Shown: positions 42,194-56,289 of the stretch, in pieces
Numbering within the stretch: the stretch's first letter is position 1
How the letters are laid out: every line of letters begins with the position of its first letter
DNA from: Octopus vulgaris
Taxonomy: Eukaryota
Direction: 5' to 3'
NCBI GenBank assembly: GCA_951406725.2
Contig: OX597815.1
Location: 19,964,001 to 20,028,000 of the forward strand
Length of the DNA: 64,000 nucleotides
Made by a program: the position numbers and the translations under genes
The notes under the pieces: generated by a model
Database searches by the model: none
What the model saw: the letters and a program-made list of their open reading frames with translations, nothing else
What the model was told of the DNA's origin: nothing

Positions 42194-42815
42194 AGGTAGG
42201 TAGGTAGGTAGGTAGGTAGGTAGATATGTACGTTCGTACGTACGTACATAGGTACACATATATGTACGACATATGAATATAGATATTATATTTATGTTTT
42301 ACATATTAGATATATGTATTATATCTGTGTGTATAGCTAGCTAGCTAGATAGATAGATAGATTGATAGATAGATACATACATACATACATACATACATAC
42401 ATACATACATACATACATACATACATACATACATACATACATACATACACACACATTATATTTGAATTATAATCCTTTTGCTTAATCATTAGATATCTTT
42501 TTCAGCATCTCTGACAATGTATTAAAATTTATGTAATTTTAATTTTGTCAGCTTTTTGTCTATATATATATTTATGTATTTTGCTGAAGGCTGGTGAAAA
42601 TAACCAAGTCCTAATAGACAATTTATTGAAGCGTTAAATTAATCTTCTGATATATCATAAAATGTATCATAGAATAATAGATTATTACGTCTGCTCCAAT
42701 GGGTTTTCTCGTGAACAGAAATATATTTCGTCGAATATAGAAAGATATTTCATAGATAAACTACCACTGTTTTTGTTATTGTTGTTGTTGTATCGTCCTG
42801 TGCAACCCTAATAGA

Positions 42816-42887
<72 letters not shown>

Positions 42888-43015
42888 GTAATCACATAGT
42901 CAAATAATGAGGTACAATTTACACCGTCTAGTGATCCAGACATACATGAATGATCGTATAGTTTTTCAGTATGGCTAACAGAATAGGCCGTGTTTATTAC
43001 AGTAATCGTATGTTG

Positions 43016-43404
43016 GTGGAGGCGCAATGGCCCAGTGGTTAGGGCAGCGGATTCGCGGTCGTAGGATCGCGGTTTCAATTCCCAGACCGGGCGTTGTGAG
43101 TGTTTATTGAGCGAAAACACCTAAAAGCTCCACGAGACTCCGGCAGGGGATGGTGGTGATCCCTGCTGTACTCTTTCACCACAACTTTCTCTCACTCTTA
43201 CTTCCTGTTTCTGTTGTACCTGTACTTCAAAGGACCGGCCTTGTCACTCTCTGTGTCACGCTTAATATCCCCGAGAACTACGTTAAGGGTACACGTGTCT
43301 GTGGAGTGCTCAGCCACTTACACGTTAATTTCACGAGCAGGCTGTTCCGTTGATTCGGATCAACCGGAACCCTCGTCGCCGTAACCGACGGAGTGCTTCC
43401 ATCC
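43016..43404 (+). mobile_element. Full-length SINE S1 with 12-bp TSD
   Basis: TSD aatcgtatgttg at 43004 and 43405. Confidence 0.94.
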
Positions 43405-44444
43405 AATCGTATGTTGACTCAAATAAATATTTCTCAAACTTTGCAAACACCTCTGCAAGAAGCAAGATCCTGCTAGAAATAATAGCTTAATCTATTTCAA
43501 ATTTCAAACTACTATCAATAAATAAGGGAAGGATATATTGAATTATTATATGAATCCATTATATTTTTGAGTAAATTACTTTAAAAGAAGCAGATAATCA
43601 GTTCGTCAAAGAAAAATTATCTAGAATTATTGCACCCAATCCACCCAGGTGTTTCAAGTTGAGCCTCAGTCTATAATTTATAAAGATGCGTAAGATAAAG
43701 AGAAAAGAAAAAGAAACTGAAATAATGTTTGTGTGTGTGTGTCTGGAGTTAAAAATAACACATTTCAGAAAAAATCACTTAGCTTATAACCTTCTTGAAA
43801 ATGTGTCCTGATGTAAAATTCCATCTACTTAGGTAGCTACACCTTGTCTCGGCTTTATCTCATTCGTTATGTTACTGATATTACTGATTTCCTTCGGGTT
43901 AACCTTGATTAAGCAAGCCTATGAATAAAAGCCTTCCAGACATAACTATCTTGCCTTTTTTCCTGGTTTACCAGAACTACATTAACCTGCATGTCCTTTT
44001 GTTCAAGACGGAGGTGGGTATTGTTTTGAAGATTTGGTTGCTGTTTCTAGCAGGCTGAGTGACAATGAAGAATTTCCCTCAGTGTCTCAATGACATTTAG
44101 TTACCAGAAAAGATATAATAATAACACAAATTGACAGAATATTCACAAACACCCAACAATATGCACTTAGCATTTAGTTGTTAAATCTAATTCAGTCATT
44201 CTAGTCTGCAATTAAGCCGTTAATTCTGGCTGATTCCTTAACTAATTACAATCATTGAAGTAAATATTTAAAACAAATTTCCTTATATTCATATCTAAAT
44301 GCAGAAAAGGTTGAAACGTCTAAAATCAACACATTACATTGGTCAACAAAGTAAACCTTACTTTTTTTTCCTGGAAGATGAAATAAGCATTTTGTCAAAT
44401 GTGTTTTGGATATTGATTCCAAATGTTTAGTTATTGCTTTAACA

Positions 44445-44785
44445 TACTCTCTTTTACTCTATTACTTGTTTCAGTCACGTGAGAGTGGCCATGCTGGAGC
44501 ATCGCCTTTGGTCGAGCAAACCGACCCCAAGACTTATTCTTTGTAAGCCTAGTACTTATTCTATCGGTCTCTTTTACCGAACCGCTAAGTTACGGAGATG
44601 TAAACACACCAGCATCGGTTGTCAAGCGATGTTGGGGGGACAATCATAGACACACAAACATATACACGCACATACATATATATATATATATATACATATA
44701 TACGACGGGCTTCTTTCAGTTTCCGTCTACCAAATCCACTCACAAGGCTTGTCCAAGGTGCCACGTAGTGGTACTGAACCAAACT
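44445..44785 (-). mobile_element. SINE S2, internally deleted
   Basis: S2 signature and (tactctt) tail repeats. Confidence 0.85.
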
Positions 44786-44968
44786 TTTAGTTTTCACAAT
44801 TATATCAATACTTTAAACTGAAACACAAAGTATACGAGTAATTAATTCGTATATTCTTTATTTTAACCGCATCTTCATACCGGCGATTCCATTAGATACA
44901 CAGGTGATTGAAAGCAATACACTATACAAGTTTTTAAGTTTTATGAAAATGGTTTTCCCCTCATAAAC

Positions 44969-45160
44969 TTAGCCTGGATCGTCGCAAAATAGCACTTCAC
45001 AACCGTCAACAATAATACCTTCATTCCAAAATTCTCCGTATCCTGTTTCCATGGCTTGGTTGATTTGCCGACAGAGATTTTCTGGAAAGAGATCTAGATG
45101 TACTTTTAATAACATCCTACAGCTCATTCCTTTTTCAACACCATCTCTATGCGCAGACGC
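44969..45160 (-). mobile_element. DNA transposase C-terminal remnant, probably Chapaev3/CMC type
   Basis: MSCRMLLKVHLDLFPENL..METGYGEFWNEGIIVDGC resembles MSLKxHFLHSHLDFFPENL..MExRYQGxW..ADYCW. Family assignment from memory. Confidence 0.55.
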
Positions 45161-45761
45161 CATATTGTTTGCCTTGTTTTGCTGATATCTGAAAAGAAAC
45201 AGCAATTTTAGCAAAACATATTAAGCAACATTAATAATAAATTTTTAAAGAAAACATAAAAATAAACCAGCTTTTGATGGTTTTATAGATATTTCAAAAT
45301 TATGATGCTGTGATGCTAGGCGTTTCGATTATTTTGTCCAACCCCTGTATATGTTCCATTAATGTGGATCTCACCAGTATTCCAGTTAACATCTTTCTTC
45401 TCCAGTTTCATTTCTTTAATTGCCGTTCATATTTTCAGTAACACACTTAAGTAACAGGTCAATTCATTCGCTTGGCCATTCTGTTTTTGCTTTTGTATTT
45501 TTGGTTTGGGGATTTTTTTCCTCATGTATGAAATAACTTGTTTTAATCTATGAATCCTAAATGATGTTTTAAGTTCCAGGATCGTAATTTATTGACATTA
45601 CTATCCATAATGTGGCACAAGGGGATCCAAACGCTTAGTTTTCATGTTTTATAAAGTGCTAAATCAAATAAGCACGAAAATAACAGAATTCTACACACCA
45701 CATTCTAGATCAAAAGTGAAAGGCCGTACCGATGATCAAGTTCAAAGTTTGACAGTATTCT

Positions 45762-46087
45762 TTAAAGACTCCGCCGGTTACGACGACGAGGGTCCCAGCT
45801 GATACGATCAACGGAACAGCTTGCTCGTGAAATTAACGTGCAAATGGCTGAGCATTCCACAGACACGTGTACCCTTAACGTAGTTCTCGGGGATAATCAG
45901 CGTGACACAGAGAGTGACAAGGCTGACCCTTTGAAATACAAGTACAACTCATTTTTGCCAGCTGAGTGGACTGGAGCAACGTGAAATAAAGTGTCTTGCT
46001 CAAGGACACAACGCGTCGCCGGGAATCGAACTCACAACCTTACGATCATGAGCCGAATGCCCTAACCACTAAGCCACGCGCCCTCAC
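45762..46087 (-). mobile_element. SINE with CORE-like body and S1-type 3' tail, 12-bp TSD
   Basis: TSD tgacagtattct at 45750 and 46088. Confidence 0.9.
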
Positions 46088-46853
46088 TGACAGTATTCTA
46101 ATGACTAAGGTATAACGTTCTTGGTTCCTTGGGTGTTGTTTTGTTTGACCATAGGTCAGCATTGATCAAGCGTACATACTCATGATCAAAGACTTTCTAG
46201 TTGTAATAATCCTTCATTCACATTTTATATGCTTGATTTCGTAACTAAATTATCTAATTTTCCTTCTTTATTTTGAAATGCTGTGATTTGAGGGAGATTT
46301 GATTCCTATTTCTAACAGGTCAAGCGATTGCTTTTAGTGTGGCTTCCTTGTCCCTGGTAAGTTGTTATAAATAGTGAAATCAATAGAACATAGTAAACAA
46401 ATTAATCTACTCTGTTGAAATTTGTCTTGGTTATGAATGAAATCTACCAATCATCCAAACTAAGTCGATGTCACACCAAGAAGAGTCTCCATGTGGTCGC
46501 TCCATCTGCTAAAAATAGCAGCAATGATTTCACTAGAATCATATGATACTGCTTTAAATAATAAAAAGGGGACACATCATTGTACATAACCCTGAAAAGA
46601 AAAAAGATGGATCTTGGGGGTAATTCCTTCGATCACGGTTAACCAGGGGTTAAACAGCAACAACAATAAAAGCCTTTGGAATTCCATTGGTTGTAACTCT
46701 ATAGCTTAATAGTGATATTAGAAAACTTTACACTATTCAAATTTCAAGACCTACTTCGTTATAAATTATTCATTGAAATTACTTATATAATATTACAATA
46801 AATTTGTTGTTGAAAAAATTACATACGAAGGAATACTGCATCTTTAGTTGTTA

Positions 46854-46868
46854 GTTGTCCATGGTAAC
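46854..46868. promoter_or_regulatory. Candidate RFX X-box
   Basis: GTTGTCCATGGTAAC fits GTNRYC-N3-RGYAAC; motif match only. Confidence 0.3.
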
Positions 46869-47852
46869 TAATCTGTAAGATGTAAAAATTGACAAGGTTT
46901 TAAATTGAACAATTTAATTTTTTTCATGTTTCACATGACAGTTATTTCTGCGGCTTACTTAATGTCAAATGACATACGATAATGTGCAGCGAAAATATTG
47001 CTTAATGCTTATTTAATGATCAGATATTTTCTTCGGACTTTTCTTTCTAAATATGAAGCAAGCAGTATGCCATATATCTTAAAATATCAAAATTCGAAGC
47101 AGTATTTTGAAACAAACATTAAAATTTATTCAATTCGTCTTTAAAATTAACAAACTAGAATAACAAGACAATTCTACACACCACATTCTGGGATTTTACT
47201 GTCATGGTGAAATATTGGTCATTTTTGTTTTTTGTGTCTTAGTCTGGATAAGTGACAGACCTCATAACCATTACAGATGGTTATGTCAGCGATCAAATTA
47301 TGAATTATTCCATCGTTTTCAACAATGACCATTCAGTTTTTCGATCAACTAAACTATTCCACAGTATCCGGTGTACATGAATTCCCTTAATGTTACTTTC
47401 AGGCTTATTTAGCGCAACACGGTGAGTGACAAAGCTGGGCCTGCAATGTATCTGTTGGAATTATGCTGTTTTGACCTAACCAATTTCATGCATGAAATTT
47501 GCATAGACCCGAAGCTACTTACCAAAAATGTCATGCAGTGGGATCGCATCCTGGACTTTAAGATTGCTAAACTATCTTGTTAACCACTTGACCATTCCTA
47601 TGTCCATAGTGAGATTTTGTTACAGTTGATTAGAATATAGGCGGAGAAGCAATTTCAAATATCTTTTTCTTACAATATAAACAAACAAAAAAAATTACAT
47701 GGAAAAGCGTTAAACTTTAGCAAACAGAATATTCTTACCTGTTTTCATGCTTATAATTATTTCACATCTCATTTGCTCTACTGATGTTAGAATAATCAAT
47801 TACAACATCTCGTATTCACTTCATTGTTGTTAATTTGACGACTGAGGACAGT

Positions 47853-47983
47853 CTACTACTACTACTACTACCACCACCACCACCACCACCACCACCACTA
47901 CCACTACTACTATTACTACTACTACTACTACCACCACCACCACCACTACTACTATTACTACTACTACCACCACCACCACCACC

Positions 47984-48013
<30 letters not shown>
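47853..48013. repeat. Compound (CTA)n/(CCA)n trinucleotide repeat
   Basis: Direct reading; gives the poly-V and poly-L/P ORFs. Confidence 0.95.
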
Positions 48014-48015
<2 letters not shown>

Positions 48016-48240
48016 GTCGCTGCTGTTATTGAAATGAGTCTTTTTTATTCGCAAAATGAGCCCCCTTTAATTTTCCTCGGATTGCTTTCAATTTTAGTGT
48101 ATCGATGCAGCTCAGAATTTTAATTACGATCAGCCAATTACTTTATCTCGTAAATTAAAGAATCTGATATTATTTAAAATTAAAGTTGCGAAATTTGGGT
48201 AATTTTAGCCAATCAACATACAGTGAGGCATTAACAGCTT

Positions 48241-48254
48241 GTTACCATGACAAC
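48241..48254. promoter_or_regulatory. Candidate RFX X-box
   Basis: GTTACCATGACAAC fits the 14-bp RTHNYYWTRRNRAC consensus, in unique sequence. Confidence 0.4.
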
Positions 48255-49189
48255 CGCATGTTGTGTTGTGTTTCACCCGCATGTTGTGTTGGTTCTTCAC
48301 ACCTCGAGATTTACTTCACCCGCGTATTTTGTTTTAATAAAAATTTACATTTATCAATCAGAATTTTATTATAGATATTTTTCGTCAATTGTCTTAATAT
48401 TTTACATATTTTTCATAAATAGCAAAAGTTGTTAGCGATGTTCATACAGTTTCTTGGCATTATGAAGGTGAATAGAATATGCGAACTTAGTACAGATAAT
48501 TGAAAAGAAAGGAAAAAATTTGTCCTGAGACAATATATTGTGTAGATATATTTTTGTAAACATTCATTTTCTTTCTTTAATAGTAGTTCAATATAACCAC
48601 TGCTATATGAGTGGTAATATTAGTTATAAATTTGGTAGACTGTGTGAATACAACACTCTACAAAATTTTTAATGAATGAGATACAGAAGACAGACTGTGT
48701 TATGGACACAGATTCAATTTGAGCATTAAATAATATGAAAGAATGAGGGAAATGCAAATCTAAATGACAAGAACAAAATCACCATCGAAAAACTGTAGCA
48801 GCTCGAATTAGGATTGCCAATCAACAATAAATACTAAAGCCAACTAAAGGGAAAAGAGAAAGCGTCGAAGTAGTATGTCACAAAAGAGAATGCCTTCCTT
48901 GCCAGAGCAATTTATCCAGCAACGAGCGAGGGAGATAATGACATGCTCTGGTTTGCAAATATTGAATCTGGTTCTATATATCAGCTTTGAAGAAGTAGGA
49001 CTCTTCAAGGCTTGCCTAAGGCTGAAAATACTCATGAGCAATTTCGAAGAACATTTTGCAGAACGGGATCCGACAGCTACCTAAAAAAACTGGCATACTA
49101 TCAAAAATTAATATTTATCAGAGGAGGTACAACGACATTCTGCTAATTTGCGGAATAGGGATGGCAGTTTAGTGGAATTACTATTGATT

Positions 49190-49800
49190 TCATATTTTGG
49201 CACAAGGTCAGCAAGTTCAGGGGAGGGAGGAAATCGTTTACATCTACCCCAGTACTTGACCGGTATTTATTTTATCAAACCCAAAAGGATAAAGTCGACC
49301 TAAGCTGAATTTGAACTCGGAACGTAAACACAGACAAACTGCCGCTGAGCATTTTGGCCAGCGTGCTAACGATTCTTATTTCTTTATTGCCCACAAGGGG
49401 ATAAACACAGAGAGGACAAACAAGGACAGACAAACGGATTAAGTCGATTATATCGACCCCAGTGCGTAACTGGTACTTATTTAATCGACCCCGAAAGGAT
49501 GAAAGACAAAGTCGACCTCGGCGGAATTTGAACTCAGAACATAGCTGCAGACGACATACCTATTTCTTTACTACCCACAAGGGGCTAAACACAGAGAGGA
49601 CAAACAAGGACAGATAAACGGATTAAGTCGATTAAATCGACCCCAGTGCGTAACTGGTACTTAATTTATCGATCCCGAAAGGATGAAAGGCAAAGTCGAC
49701 CTTGGGACCGCGGCGGAATTTGAACTCAGAACGTAACGGCAGACGAAATATCGCTAAGCATTTCGCCCAACGTGCTAGCATTTCTGCCAGCTTACCGTCT
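49190..49800 (-). mobile_element. SINE S3 trimer
   Basis: Three Nin/Deu-like modules; tail-to-head junctions at 49376 and 49560. Confidence 0.88.
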
Positions 49801-50439
49801 AAGTAGAACTGATATTCTGTTTGAAATGACTTGACTACGATTTATCTTGGAAAGCTAGAACGATTGCTATTTTTCTGAAGAGATAAAGCCCTCAAGCAAG
49901 AAATAAATTTCTGTAGAATATATCGCTAATTTCCACCAATTTAATACTGCCAACCATTGATATACACATCGATCCATTTAGAACAGAAAAGTTCGAAAAT
50001 AGGTGGAACCAATTTGAAGAACGTGATCGCAATGGAAGGCGTTCAGAGTCGCGAAGTGCTTTGGACCAACTTAGGTGGTTACTTCTCACCCTAGGTGGGC
50101 AGTTTGCACTTCAGTATATTTTACATACTGTTTTAACATTTTAACTTAATGTATTGTATTTCTATTCCACTTTTTATCTGTGTGTGTGTTTTCCTTACAA
50201 TTCTTGCATAACATATTATATGTATATAGATCTATCTGTCTATCTATCTATCTATCTATCTATCTATATATTTATCTATATCAAAACATACATGCATGCA
50301 AAGAAACATGCGTACGTACGTACGTGCATACATACGTGAACATGGCATTACGACATGATGTCGTCGCTAAAACATATACAATACCATCTGAAAAGAAAGA
50401 CTACCCTATGATAAATATAGAGAATTCTCCTGTTACTGA

Positions 50440-50830
50440 ATACTTGCATAAACATCCACACAAGGAATATTGGTAGAAGATTCCCATCAAAACGTCTACC
50501 AATCGCAAATATAACAGGTAAGCAGTAATATATATCTGGAAGATCCTGGAAGGAATTGTGCCAAATTTTGGCATTGAAAGCTACACCAATGCCAGAACGG
50601 ACGACACTGCCAAAGATTCCAGCAATGCCATCACGCTTCAGGACCAGTTACTGCAGCAACCTGGGTTTCAAGGGCCCACAGCTTTTTAATATTCTCCCAA
50701 AGTGTCTGAGGAACTTGCACAAAGTAGATGTAGGAGTTTTTAAATCAAAGCTGGACCTCTTCCTGTCGAGAGTCCCAGATGAGCCTGCCTCATGGCAAGA
50801 GGTGCAAATGAGGGTAGCTATGAGCTGAAA
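50440..50830 (+). mobile_element. CR1/L2-group LINE ORF2 3' fragment
   Basis: IYIWKILEGIVPNFG..GPQLFNILPKCLRN..FKSKLDLFLSRVPDEP. Confidence 0.8.
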
Positions 50831-51337
50831 CTTTAAAAAAAATAATAATAAATAACAGGCTGGATATAGCTCTTTGGGGCGGACAAAAAATGTATGTACC
50901 ATCCTGTGGGTCAGCTGACTTACTGTTGAGAATATCACTTCGGAAATCAAAGAGCAAGAGCGTAACTACAGACAACGGCTTCGAAGCATTCGGTTGCTAC
51001 ACCCTGATCGTAAATTCACATTTAATAAATAGCAGTTGTTGCACTTTGTACTGTGTGTAAATGACTACGGGACACTGGGAAAGCTAGAGTTTTTACAAAA
51101 AGAAATAAACCAGTTAAAACGCTCGTTAGAAATTCAGTATTTAAGTAAAGACATGTAAGACTATCTCAGCTTCTTCATGTAGCATTGTTTTTGTTATCTA
51201 CATTCCAGACGACAGAGCATTATATCTTTGTTATGTCTTTGTTAGAAACCAGCTCCTTCCTCAGAAGAAGAATACAAATAATTATAAACAGAAGTGAACA
51301 TACACGCACATCATATCACATCATATCATACATACAT

Positions 51338-51397
<60 letters not shown>

Positions 51398-51467
51398 GTA
51401 TATATATACTTCTCCTACATGCTCTTAACCCACTCTCTTTTGAGTCCCGTTTGGTATTGTATTTGAG

Positions 51468-51700
51468 AAGGCGGTGAGCTGGCAGAAACGTTAGTACACC
51501 GGTCGAAATGCGTAGCGGTATTTCGTCTGCCGTTACGTTCTGAGTTCAAATTCCGCCGAGGTCGACTTTGCCTTTCATCCATTCGGGGTCGATTAAATAA
51601 GTACCAGTTACGCACTGGGATCGATATAATCGACTTAATCCGTTTGTCTGTCCTTGTTTGTCCCCTCTGTGTTCAGCCCCTTGTGATTAGTAAAGAAATA
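51468..51700 (+). mobile_element. Monomeric full-length SINE S3 with 15-bp TSD
   Basis: TSD ggtattgtatttgag at 51453 and 51701; tail ..tagtaaagaaata. Confidence 0.93.
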
Positions 51701-53922
51701 GGTATTGTATTTGAGGCCTTGTGGATATTGAAAATCTTACGAGAGAGACTTAAATTTGACAGAATAAATAATAAGACACGAATAAAATAAATTGTGTTAG
51801 TTATATTCTGTTATGTTCTGGTTTCAAATCCCGCTATTGTTGAATTTACTTTTAATCTTTCCCATGTCGACAGAATAACCACCCTCCAAGCACTGTCGCC
51901 TAAAATTTAGTAACAATGGTTTTTATTATTAGAAGCGATTAATTTGGAAGAATCTTTATAATAGTTGAAAAAATGCCTTGCGGTATTTATTCCTGTCCTT
52001 TACGTTCCGCATTCAAATCCTGATGGAGTTAACTTTTCCTTTCATGCCTCTAGGATCCCCAAAATTGATGGTCCTGCGGTGTTAATCATATATTAAACAT
52101 ATAATAGAAATATAGGTGAAAAAGAGAAGATAGGACTGCTCAAATCATTGACATTGTAGCCTCATAAATCCATTACAATGATAATAGCATTTGCTTATTG
52201 TGTTATTGTGCTACGAAGCTCTGGATATTTCTAATAATCGTTGTTATTATTATGCATTTCTGAATTTGTTTCTATTTAGTTTTTATATAACGATAGCAAC
52301 AATGTTATAACTGAATGTTTTGTTATACAAATATGTCAAGGATATCAGATATTATATATAGTGTAGTGGGCAGTCGTTGTATCATTAAATCTTTGAAGTT
52401 TTCTCACGTTTGATGCAAGTTTTCTCATTTAACCTTGACCGGAGACAAAACATTTAACGGAAATCAGGAATGAATCGATAGAATCAATAACTGTGCGATA
52501 TGTATTTATAGAGGTTCCATAGTTAGAGACATTTCAAGTATTGTAAGTACATATGTCCAGACTACATTCACCAAATATACTCATAACTAGAATATATTTC
52601 TGCGTTTATAACTATAATTATAATTAATAATAGTCTGAAAGCTGGTGATTTCTAACATGACACAGTCATCACTATCTTGTACCACTCTCAGTTGGTGTAT
52701 TCTATTTTTGCAATAGTTTCAACTCCACTGGTTGAGTAGACCTAAGACTAAAGGTTTTCTACCAGTCAGGCAATTTTTTAAATATCTAACACTACATGGT
52801 TTAATGTGTCCCTCTCTTTTATAGACACTAGCCTGTTCTTAGAAAAACATTTTAATGCTCTTTCAAGTAGCCTAGCGACGCAGACACTCCATTTTCTTCT
52901 TATTTTTTGTTGACATATAACAGGTTTGCAACATCTGAATGTCTAAATGTGTTAACATTGTTATATACAGATCTATACTACACATCTACAATGTGCTTCT
53001 GTGTATGTATTCCCATGATTTACTCTGCAGTATTTAATAGGTTCTCTGCTTTTGCAACACAGTGACAAATATATAACCTATGAACCTCTATATGATAACG
53101 TTGGTTAATTATACGCGTGTGGGTATGTGTTTATGTGCGTGTGTGTACTCTATATAACCATAGTTAATTAAAGTTCTATACTGCATTGTCTTGCAATGTG
53201 TCTTTAATTATTATTGCCACTGCATCAGAGGTTAACGTTCCTTCAAATCTCAAGAGCTCGCTTTAGTGTTTTATTACTAAATACCACTTCAATGCACACA
53301 TATACATAAATGTAGACGTATACGCGCACAAATACACGCACATACAAGCACACATGGCATAAGTACACTCACGTATGTACCCATCACACAAACAACACGC
53401 CAATAGATACATAGACACACACATATATATATATAACACTATATAAATGACTATAAAAACGACTATTTGAAAGGATGTTTCATTTGACAGAAATAAGTCT
53501 TTTAACTCAGAAAAAATTTTCATGAGGTTTTGTTTGTCTTGTATCACATTGTACCAATGTTTTAATGGGGAAATCCTCAAGCAATAGTATGATTCCCCGT
53601 CAAAATTTGGCTTCGTTTCTGATCAAGAGAAGTCATTGTATCAATCGATAGAGGTTACCTATAATTTTCCCTTTTTTTTATTGGTTTCACTCAATGAAAT
53701 GCGACTATGCTGGGGCACCGCAGTCAATTATTTTATTTAATTATATCGACTCCAGTATCTGAATGGAAATTAATTTATCGATGTAATGAAATCCGAATGT
53801 AAAGTGAACATTAGTGTAAGAGTAGATCAGTTAGTGTGGTCTGAATATTACATTCGAATGCACTGTTTTTTTTTATATTTGGCCATGCTAATTTAAACAC
53901 TGCAACACAGATGTAGGCTCAT

Positions 53923-54112
53923 GTTGGCGATTTTTTTCCTCCGTTTTCCCTTCCTTGGATCTTTCCTTTTCCTATGTTTCTGACGAAGAGCTCTGCTCGA
54001 AACGTTAAATCCTCCTACTTTCTTTCCTTTCCTGAGCGTCCAATAACACTATACTTGTTCCACGATCTCACGTTGTTGTGTTTTCTCTTTGTGTTTTCAT
54101 GTTTGGATTAAC
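53923..54112 (+). mobile_element. Short hammerhead-motif element, family H1
   Basis: Homologous to the 12698 and 23845 copies; ends ggattaac at a TA-rich microsatellite. Confidence 0.82.
53976..54010 (+). ncRNA. Minimal type I hammerhead ribozyme motif
   Basis: GTTT-CTGACGA-a-GAGCtctGCTC-GAAA-CG-TT-AAAT: canonical core, 4-bp stems I and II, palindromic AACGTT in place of stem III. Activity untested. Confidence 0.7.
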
Positions 54113-54859
54113 TATACATATACATACATACATACATACATATATATGTGTGTGTGAGTGTGTGTGTGTGTGTGTGTGTATGTGTGTATGTGTGTGTGTG
54201 TAGATATATATATATATATATATATACATTTAAACACAACTACATACACACTGATATACTTACACATGTTTGCATTTATGCATGTGAATTTATACGTATG
54301 TGTTGGTGTGTATGTGCGAGCTATATATATGTGTGTGTGTGTGTGTCTGCGACGGGTTTCCATACCTTTTTCCTCGACCAAAAGTTTACTTACAATGCAC
54401 TAATGAACCCCATAAGGTAAGACGACGGAGTGCAAAAGTACCTGGCGGTGGGATCGAACCTGAGACCACGAGGTCCTAAAGCGAACTTCTTAACCACACC
54501 TCTATGTCTATATCCATATGACGATGACGATAACAATACATAATATCGATTGTAGTGATGACAACAGTTGTTAACATTTCTAAAGAGATGTCATCAATGA
54601 CTTTAACATTGATGACGTCAGCGATAAACATTGATAACGATGGACATTGAAAGGAAATAGAGTTGATTTAATTAACCCTAGTACTTATATAAGATTTATT
54701 TTATTGACCGCCAAAGTACTGAAAGCAAGGTCGACCTCAATGAGATTTGAGCTCGGTGGATGTAATTAATTTCCTCAACAGCTGATACTCTATCTTTCAA
54801 TAATTACAAATATCAATACCAAATAGGGATTATGAGGTTTTAATATCGGTGTCATCAAT

Positions 54860-55745
54860 ATGGCGGCGAGCTGGCAGAATCGTTAGCACGCCGGAGAAAA
54901 TGCTTAGCTGAATTTCGTCTGCTTTCATTTTTTTTTTTTTAAAGTTCTGAGTTCAAATGTTGCCGAAGTTGACTTTACCTTTCATTCGTTCGGGGTCGAT
55001 AAAATAAGTAAGATAAAATAAGTACTTGGGTCGATATAATCGACTTATCCCTTCTCCCGAAATTGCTGGTCTATGCCGAAATTTGAAACCAATATCTGAG
55101 CTATTGATAAAGTGGCGAGCCTTACTGATATTTATTTTGTTTCTTCTCTAGCCATGCTTGGCTCATAAGGGCTGGTTTCCCGGTTTCCTTGGCGTATAGG
55201 TTCCTCAGCTGGACGGGACGCCGGTCCGACGCCAGGTGAGCTGCAAGATGCAGGAGAAAAGAGTGAGAGAAAGTTGTGACGAAAGAGTCAGCAGAAGTTC
55301 GCCATTACCTTCTGTCGGAGCTGCGTGGAGCTTAGGTGTTTCGCTCATAAACACACACATTGCCCGGTCTGTGATTCGAACCCGCGATCCCTCGACCGCG
55401 AGTCCGCTGCTCTAGCCACTAGGCCATGTGCCTCCACAAATAAATGCGTCCTTTTAAAGCCTAGCCAGGCTCATATGCCCGGTTTCCTGGTTTCTATGGC
55501 GTATGTGTTCCCCAGCTGGACGGGACGCCAGTCCATCGCAGTGTTACTCATTTTTGCCAGCTGAGTGGACTGGAGCAACGTGAAATGAAGTGTTTTGCTC
55601 AAGAACACAACGTGTCGCCCGGTCCAAGAACCGAAACAACAATCTTACGATCATGATGCTGACACCAGTTGAGTACTGGGGTCGATGTAATCGATTTATC
55701 CACTCTCCAAAATAGCGGGCCTTGTGCCAAATTTGAAACAAATAT
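54860..55745. mobile_element. Cluster of SINEs (S3 plus strand 54860-55095; S1-head variant minus 55140-55437; CORE-type minus 55455-55655; S3 tail piece)
   Basis: Homology to other copies in the window. Confidence 0.8.
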
Positions 55746-55899
55746 TTTGTGATATTATCAGGTATAATTAAGAATGAAATGTCTGATCTTCTCATACACC
55801 AAGTTTGACAGTCGTTAACTCTAATGCTTTATCCTGACAATTCTTTGCTTTACAAGATTGAAGAATTACGTCATCACTTTTCGAATCGCAATTCATGGT

Positions 55900-56289
55900 A
55901 TACTCTTTACTCTTTTACTTGTTTCAGTCATTTGACTGCGGCCATGCTGGAGCACCGCCTTTAGTCGAGCAACTCCACCCCGGGACTTATTCTTTGTAAG
56001 CCCAGTACTTATTCTATCGGTCTCTTTTTAACGAACCGCTAAGTGACGGGTACGTAAACACACCAGCATCAGTTGTCAAGCGATGGTGGGGGGGACAAAC
56101 ACAGACACACAAACACACACGCACACATATATATACATATATACGACAGGCTTCTTTCAGTTCCGTCTACCAAATCCACTCACAAGGCTTTGGTCGGCCC
56201 GAGGCTATAGTAGAAGACACTTGCCCAAGATGCCACGCAGTGGGACTGAACCCGGAACCAAGCTACTTACCACACAGCCACTCCTGCGG
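55900..56289 (-). mobile_element. SINE S2
   Basis: Near full length, tRNA-like head at the right end. Confidence 0.9.

Noticed and set aside
43016-43095. tRNA gene (and similar heads of other SINE copies)
   Set aside because: A/B-box-like head runs into a SINE body bounded by TSDs; no complete cloverleaf or terminator.
48700-49150. Possible pogo/Tigger transposase remnant (also 18530-18960)
   Set aside because: Only faint resemblance (FIQQRAREI; HVQETRFYY); too decayed to support without a search.
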